DNA of 64,000 nucleotides from Fibrobacterales bacterium (GTDB lineage Bacteria; Fibrobacterota; Fibrobacteria; Fibrobacterales; JAOPTW01): NCBI GenBank assembly GCA_051532035.1, contig JAOPTW010000013.1, positions 96,001 to 160,000 of the forward strand, read 5' to 3'. Shown piece by piece: positions 60,518 to 64,000 of this stretch (position 1 is its first letter; each line of letters starts with the position of its first letter). The notes under the pieces were generated by a model. It saw only the letters and a program-made list of their open reading frames with translations, ran no database searches and was not told where the DNA came from. The position numbers and the translations under genes were made by a program.

Positions 60518-62047
60518 CTAACAATTCAATATACGGGTCGCCACCTCGGGGGGAATGATTTTATGTCGCTGACTCAATAACTCATCTTCTTTGAGTCGAT
60601 TGAGCATGATAGCCCGTTGCTCGAGCGACTGAAATTCTAATCCAACGAGGGCACGTCCTACCCGTTCACCGGTATAGAGATAGTTGAAATAGCAAATATT
60701 TGCCCACTCTTTAATACTCTCTAAAAATTCATGAAGAGCACCAACCCGCTCAGGAAATTCGTAGTGAAGCATTAACGGATGTTTAAAGAGCTCGACACTA
60801 TACTGTATGACTCTAAAATGTATATCTTCACTTTGTGAGACATCCTCCACACCAATGCCATTTTCTTCACACCGCTGTTTGACCATTTCGAGTTTCTCAG
60901 CTGATCCATCAAAACCAATGACGGGATAGGCTTCTGACTCATGAGATTTTCCATATTGAAACTCTACAATATTGCAGTCATGCAAAACATCGCCCATGAG
61001 CATCAAGAGGGCTCCTTCTTTCTCTGAAATAGAAAAGCGGAGGTGATGACGGGCTTCCCCATCGATACCTGCCTCTGCAGCAATAACTGCTAACTGAGAG
61101 AAATCCATATTTGCACCACAGGTAACGACCAATGCTCGTTTACCATCAAGATGCTCTTTTTGTGATAAGAGACCTGCGAGTCCAAGGGCACCTGCCGGCT
61201 CTACAATACGACGGCGCCAATTCCAAAAGCTTCGAATAGCCGTAGAGACCTCGGCATTGCTCACCGTAATAAATTCATCAATGAGTTCTTTACAGAGGGG
61301 GTATGTAAGGTCACCCGTACGTTGCACCGCGGTACCATCACAAAAAATATCTAGTTCGCGAAGAGTTACCGGTTCGCCATGTGCTATGGCAGCCTTCATG
61401 GAAGCTTGTCCTTCTGCCTCTACCCCTACTATGTGTATATTGGGCATAAAATGCTTAAGCCAGCAGGCGACCGATGCTGCCATGCCCCCTCCACCTATCT
61501 GGAGATAGACAACATCAAAATTCCCGGTACCCGACATCACCACTTCATCAGCAATAGTTCCCTGACCGCCCATTGTTACTAAATCATCATAGGGATGTAC
61601 GAATACATGATTCTCTGCTTGAGCAAATTGTTTCGCTGCTTGATATGCCTGATCATAAGTATCGCCCACTAACCGTATGGTTACATGATCGCCCCCATGT
61701 TTGGCCACCGCAGTTCGTTTCATCATTGGTGTTGGTCTGGGCATGTAAATGATCGCAGTACAATTAAGCTTTGCTGCTGACAGCGCAACTCCCTGAGCAT
61801 GATTCCCCGCAGATGCACATACAACGCCTCTCTGACGTTCTTCTTCGGTAAGGGAAGCCATCTTATTGTAGGCGCCGCGCCACTTATAGGCATAAATAGG
61901 CATTTTATCTTCGCGTTTAACCCATACATCTGCACCTGTTCCAATATCGAGTTGTTCTAATGGGGTCGGTTTACGCACTTCATAGACCCGTTGTCGTGCA
62001 AGAAGTATTTCATTGAATAGTGCTTCACGGAGTGTTGGTTTACTCAT
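60518..62047 (-). CDS. ilvA: Threonine ammonia-lyase, biosynthetic
   Basis: KRED..YKWRGAYN (PLP Lys), ASAGNHAQG, GQGTI, GGGG, CGANMDF and ACT-like FPERVGAL. Confidence 0.95.
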   Translation of the reverse strand: MSKPTLREALFNEILLARQRVYEVRKPTPLEQLDIGTGADVWVKREDKMPIYAYKWRGAYNKMASLTEEERQRGVVCASAGNHAQGVALSAAKLNCTAIIYMPRPTPMMKRTAVAKHGGDHVTIRLVGDTYDQAYQAAKQFAQAENHVFVHPYDDLVTMGGQGTIADEVVMSGTGNFDVVYLQIGGGGMAASVACWLKHFMPNIHIVGVEAEGQASMKAAIAHGEPVTLRELDIFCDGTAVQRTGDLTYPLCKELIDEFITVSNAEVSTAIRSFWNWRRRIVEPAGALGLAGLLSQKEHLDGKRALVVTCGANMDFSQLAVIAAEAGIDGEARHHLRFSISEKEGALLMLMGDVLHDCNIVEFQYGKSHESEAYPVIGFDGSAEKLEMVKQRCEENGIGVEDVSQSEDIHFRVIQYSVELFKHPLMLHYEFPERVGALHEFLESIKEWANICYFNYLYTGERVGRALVGLEFQSLEQRAIMLNRLKEDELLSQRHKIIPPEVATRILNC

Positions 62048-62252
62048 ATTGGGTCCTTTTGTCTTTATTCATCAATTGGGTCTAAACGTGTCGTCACAGT
62101 GTACCAATTCTTGCGGAAATTTTGTGTAACTTATTTATAGTTATTCTGGATCTGGAAATCAAAAGAGTCCACCTTTCTCAGTATGAGTCGTTGTTGCAGA
62201 AACCGGTATTTTTGTATAAAAATCATCGGGACTGATTTGATACATCTCCCCT

Positions 62253-63212
62253 TTACCGCGGGGCATACTGCCTCGTGATATCCTTATGAATAGACAGCCC
62301 CTCAAACATGATATCGTACTGTCTGTCATAATAACTTACTAACACTGAAACTGCCTTACAGTACACACCAGACTCAATTGATTCCACAATAATTCTTTGC
62401 TCTTCAGAGGTAAACTGTTCACGCATCAACGCAAATACCTTCAACAACTCTTCGCGATCAATAGACCCATACTCAGAAAGTATCGTCTCACACCGTTGTT
62501 CTACAGACACATCAACCCAAACCTTAGTCGCACTTGAATACAGTGTTCTAAAATTTTCAGGAACATGTATAGAACCAACATGAGGTGGTTCTAATTCTGT
62601 ATATATTACTTGCCTCGAATCTAAGGCTACAACGGATAAAAAGAGATTGAGCGCCACCTGATCAGAAGAAAGTATTGCGGTACCCATTACACCAAAACCG
62701 GAACCTCTATGCTTTGCTATTTCGGCAATAGAGATCACTTGTAAGCCTTTGTGTGTAAGAGACTTGAGGAGTTCAGTTTTTTTGGAGCCCGTATACCCAC
62801 AGAGTACTGTTAGTTTTGGCAGTGCATAATTGTATGTTCGTATATACTGCAGTACCTTAAGCATACCACCTTCAACAGTTGAAACATTGAAGCCTTTGTG
62901 AGATAAGGCTTGAGCAAGTTGCTGCTCTCGATAGCCACATGAATGACTGATCAATACAACATGTGTTGAAGTGGATTGTCTCAGTGTCTTACAAAGGGAT
63001 TCGATTGCATTATAAATAAGAGTATACTCACCCACCCTCTCGCACGCCCTCAACTGAGCCTTGGTTAATGCAAATGAAAACGTCAAAGATCCAGGTAATG
63101 AAATGCTCTTTTGACGCTTACTCTCTCTAATGTCTACAACGGTATAGCCATCGCATACACCATTTGTCGTCACAATGGTATTTAAGAGGAATTCTGGATG
63201 AATAGTTTGCAT
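62253..63212 (-). CDS. Divergent tRNA 2-selenouridine synthase (MnmH/SelU)-like protein
   Basis: Rhodanese-like N-terminus (VDIRE, LPGS, VEGG), P-loop GYTGSKKT, AKHRGSGFG, YYDRQY. Start placed at MQTIHP because the track start (63248) overlaps a hairpin. Confidence 0.7.
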   Translation of the reverse strand: MQTIHPEFLLNTIVTTNGVCDGYTVVDIRESKRQKSISLPGSLTFSFALTKAQLRACERVGEYTLIYNAIESLCKTLRQSTSTHVVLISHSCGYREQQLAQALSHKGFNVSTVEGGMLKVLQYIRTYNYALPKLTVLCGYTGSKKTELLKSLTHKGLQVISIAEIAKHRGSGFGVMGTAILSSDQVALNLFLSVVALDSRQVIYTELEPPHVGSIHVPENFRTLYSSATKVWVDVSVEQRCETILSEYGSIDREELLKVFALMREQFTSEEQRIIVESIESGVYCKAVSVLVSYYDRQYDIMFEGLSIHKDITRQYAPR

Positions 63213-63348
63213 AGGAGTATTGTTAGAAAAAAGAAGACCCCGCACCATATTTGATGCGGGGGCAAATTACAATGAATTATCGGCCTAAAATCTCCGTTGT
63301 ACGTTTTATCATACAAAAACATCGTAAACCCTAATGTAGTAGCTTAGC

Positions 63349-64000
63349 TTACTCCTGTAAACTGTTTTTATGTAAATAATCAAGTTTCAATCCGCTCGGT
63401 TTTAAGTTGCGACCGGGAACTTTTTTATAGCCATACCAATTTATTGTTTTTCCATTATACCACCGTGCCCGTTGAAAAGATGCCACTACAGTAATCCCTC
63501 CCTTGAGCACCTCTTCTTCGGCAAGAGCATACCCCAAATCACCATGAGGATTCATAAGATGAGTTCTGGGCGCAACGGGCTCTAGAGTATAATCAGCTCC
63601 ATCTGATGCGACCCGAGGCAACGCACCACGTCTAAAGACAATATCTCGATTACTCCCTTCACTATGTGTTGGAACAAATGGAATCCAATTGTATGGTACT
63701 GTAGACATAAACTCATAAGAGAGTTCAGTAGTTATTGGTGTGCGCTGTGTATTACTCGTTTGTCCTGTATCTTTTTCAGCCAAGCGCTGTGCATATTGAT
63801 GCCCACACATACTTCCCCCCATATTATCGGGTATATTTTCTTCTACTGCCCAGACCATATTTGCCATTTCATCACGTTTAAAGGTCACCTTTTCGATTGG
63901 CTCACTATCGTGTACTTTTGAAATTGCAGGGAACATTACCAACCCGTCAATCTCTGTATCAGCGGCCTCGTTATACAGAGAGAAAAGGTCCCACTCTTTG
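63349..64000 (-). CDS. C-terminal part of a large hypothetical protein (5' end outside the window)
   Basis: Frame is open to the window edge; conserved-looking motifs RDEMANMVWAVE, VPYNWIPFVP, EEEVLKGG and FQRARWYNG. Confidence 0.75.
   Translation of the reverse strand, partial: KEWDLFSLYNEAADTEIDGLVMFPAISKVHDSEPIEKVTFKRDEMANMVWAVEENIPDNMGGSMCGHQYAQRLAEKDTGQTSNTQRTPITTELSYEFMSTVPYNWIPFVPTHSEGSNRDIVFRRGALPRVASDGADYTLEPVAPRTHLMNPHGDLGYALAEEEVLKGGITVVASFQRARWYNGKTINWYGYKKVPGRNLKPSGLKLDYLHKNSLQE

Noticed and set aside
62060..62250. Thr/Ile attenuator leader for ilvA
   Set aside because: The only short ORF with an RBS (MYQISPDDFLYKNTGFCNNDSY) is not Thr/Ile-rich, and no attenuator terminator is evident.

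Overview
A 64-kb bacterial chromosomal window, most likely from a Fibrobacterota organism. The evidence is a TIGR02147-type paralogue, many secreted proteins with poly-Ser linkers, and Fibrobacter/T9SS-style C-terminal domains. The flanks carry housekeeping genes (S41 peptidase, greB, TatD, SWIB, Rh-type ammonium channel, diguanylate cyclase, monomeric icd, DinG/Rad3 helicase, ilvA, mnmH-like) mixed with large secreted modular proteins. The most unusual part is a visibly AT-rich block at about 29.4-43.2 kb. It is built from two units, each starting with a duplicated ricin-lectin gene 3' end and ending with the same ~225-bp non-coding sequence. The block encodes a signal-peptide-bearing RHS toxin with a membrane immunity candidate and four paralogous ~120-aa secreted proteins resembling AB5-toxin B subunits (OB fold, by motif only). 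It also encodes two unrelated secreted proteins, plus two pseudogene remnants, that share a 15-residue-periodic C-terminal tail; three of these four tail ends lie directly upstream of a B-like gene. I propose, as inference only, a modular 'tail-threads-B-ring' secreted complex associated with an RHS toxin. Other points of interest are a non-coding 41/42-bp x ~10 tandem array next to an orphan helical protein, a five-repeat non-catalytic secreted protein, a probable CTG start codon, and an RtT-like tRNA-end element. No rRNA, intact tRNA or CRISPR array was seen. All family assignments are from motif recognition by eye; no searches were run.
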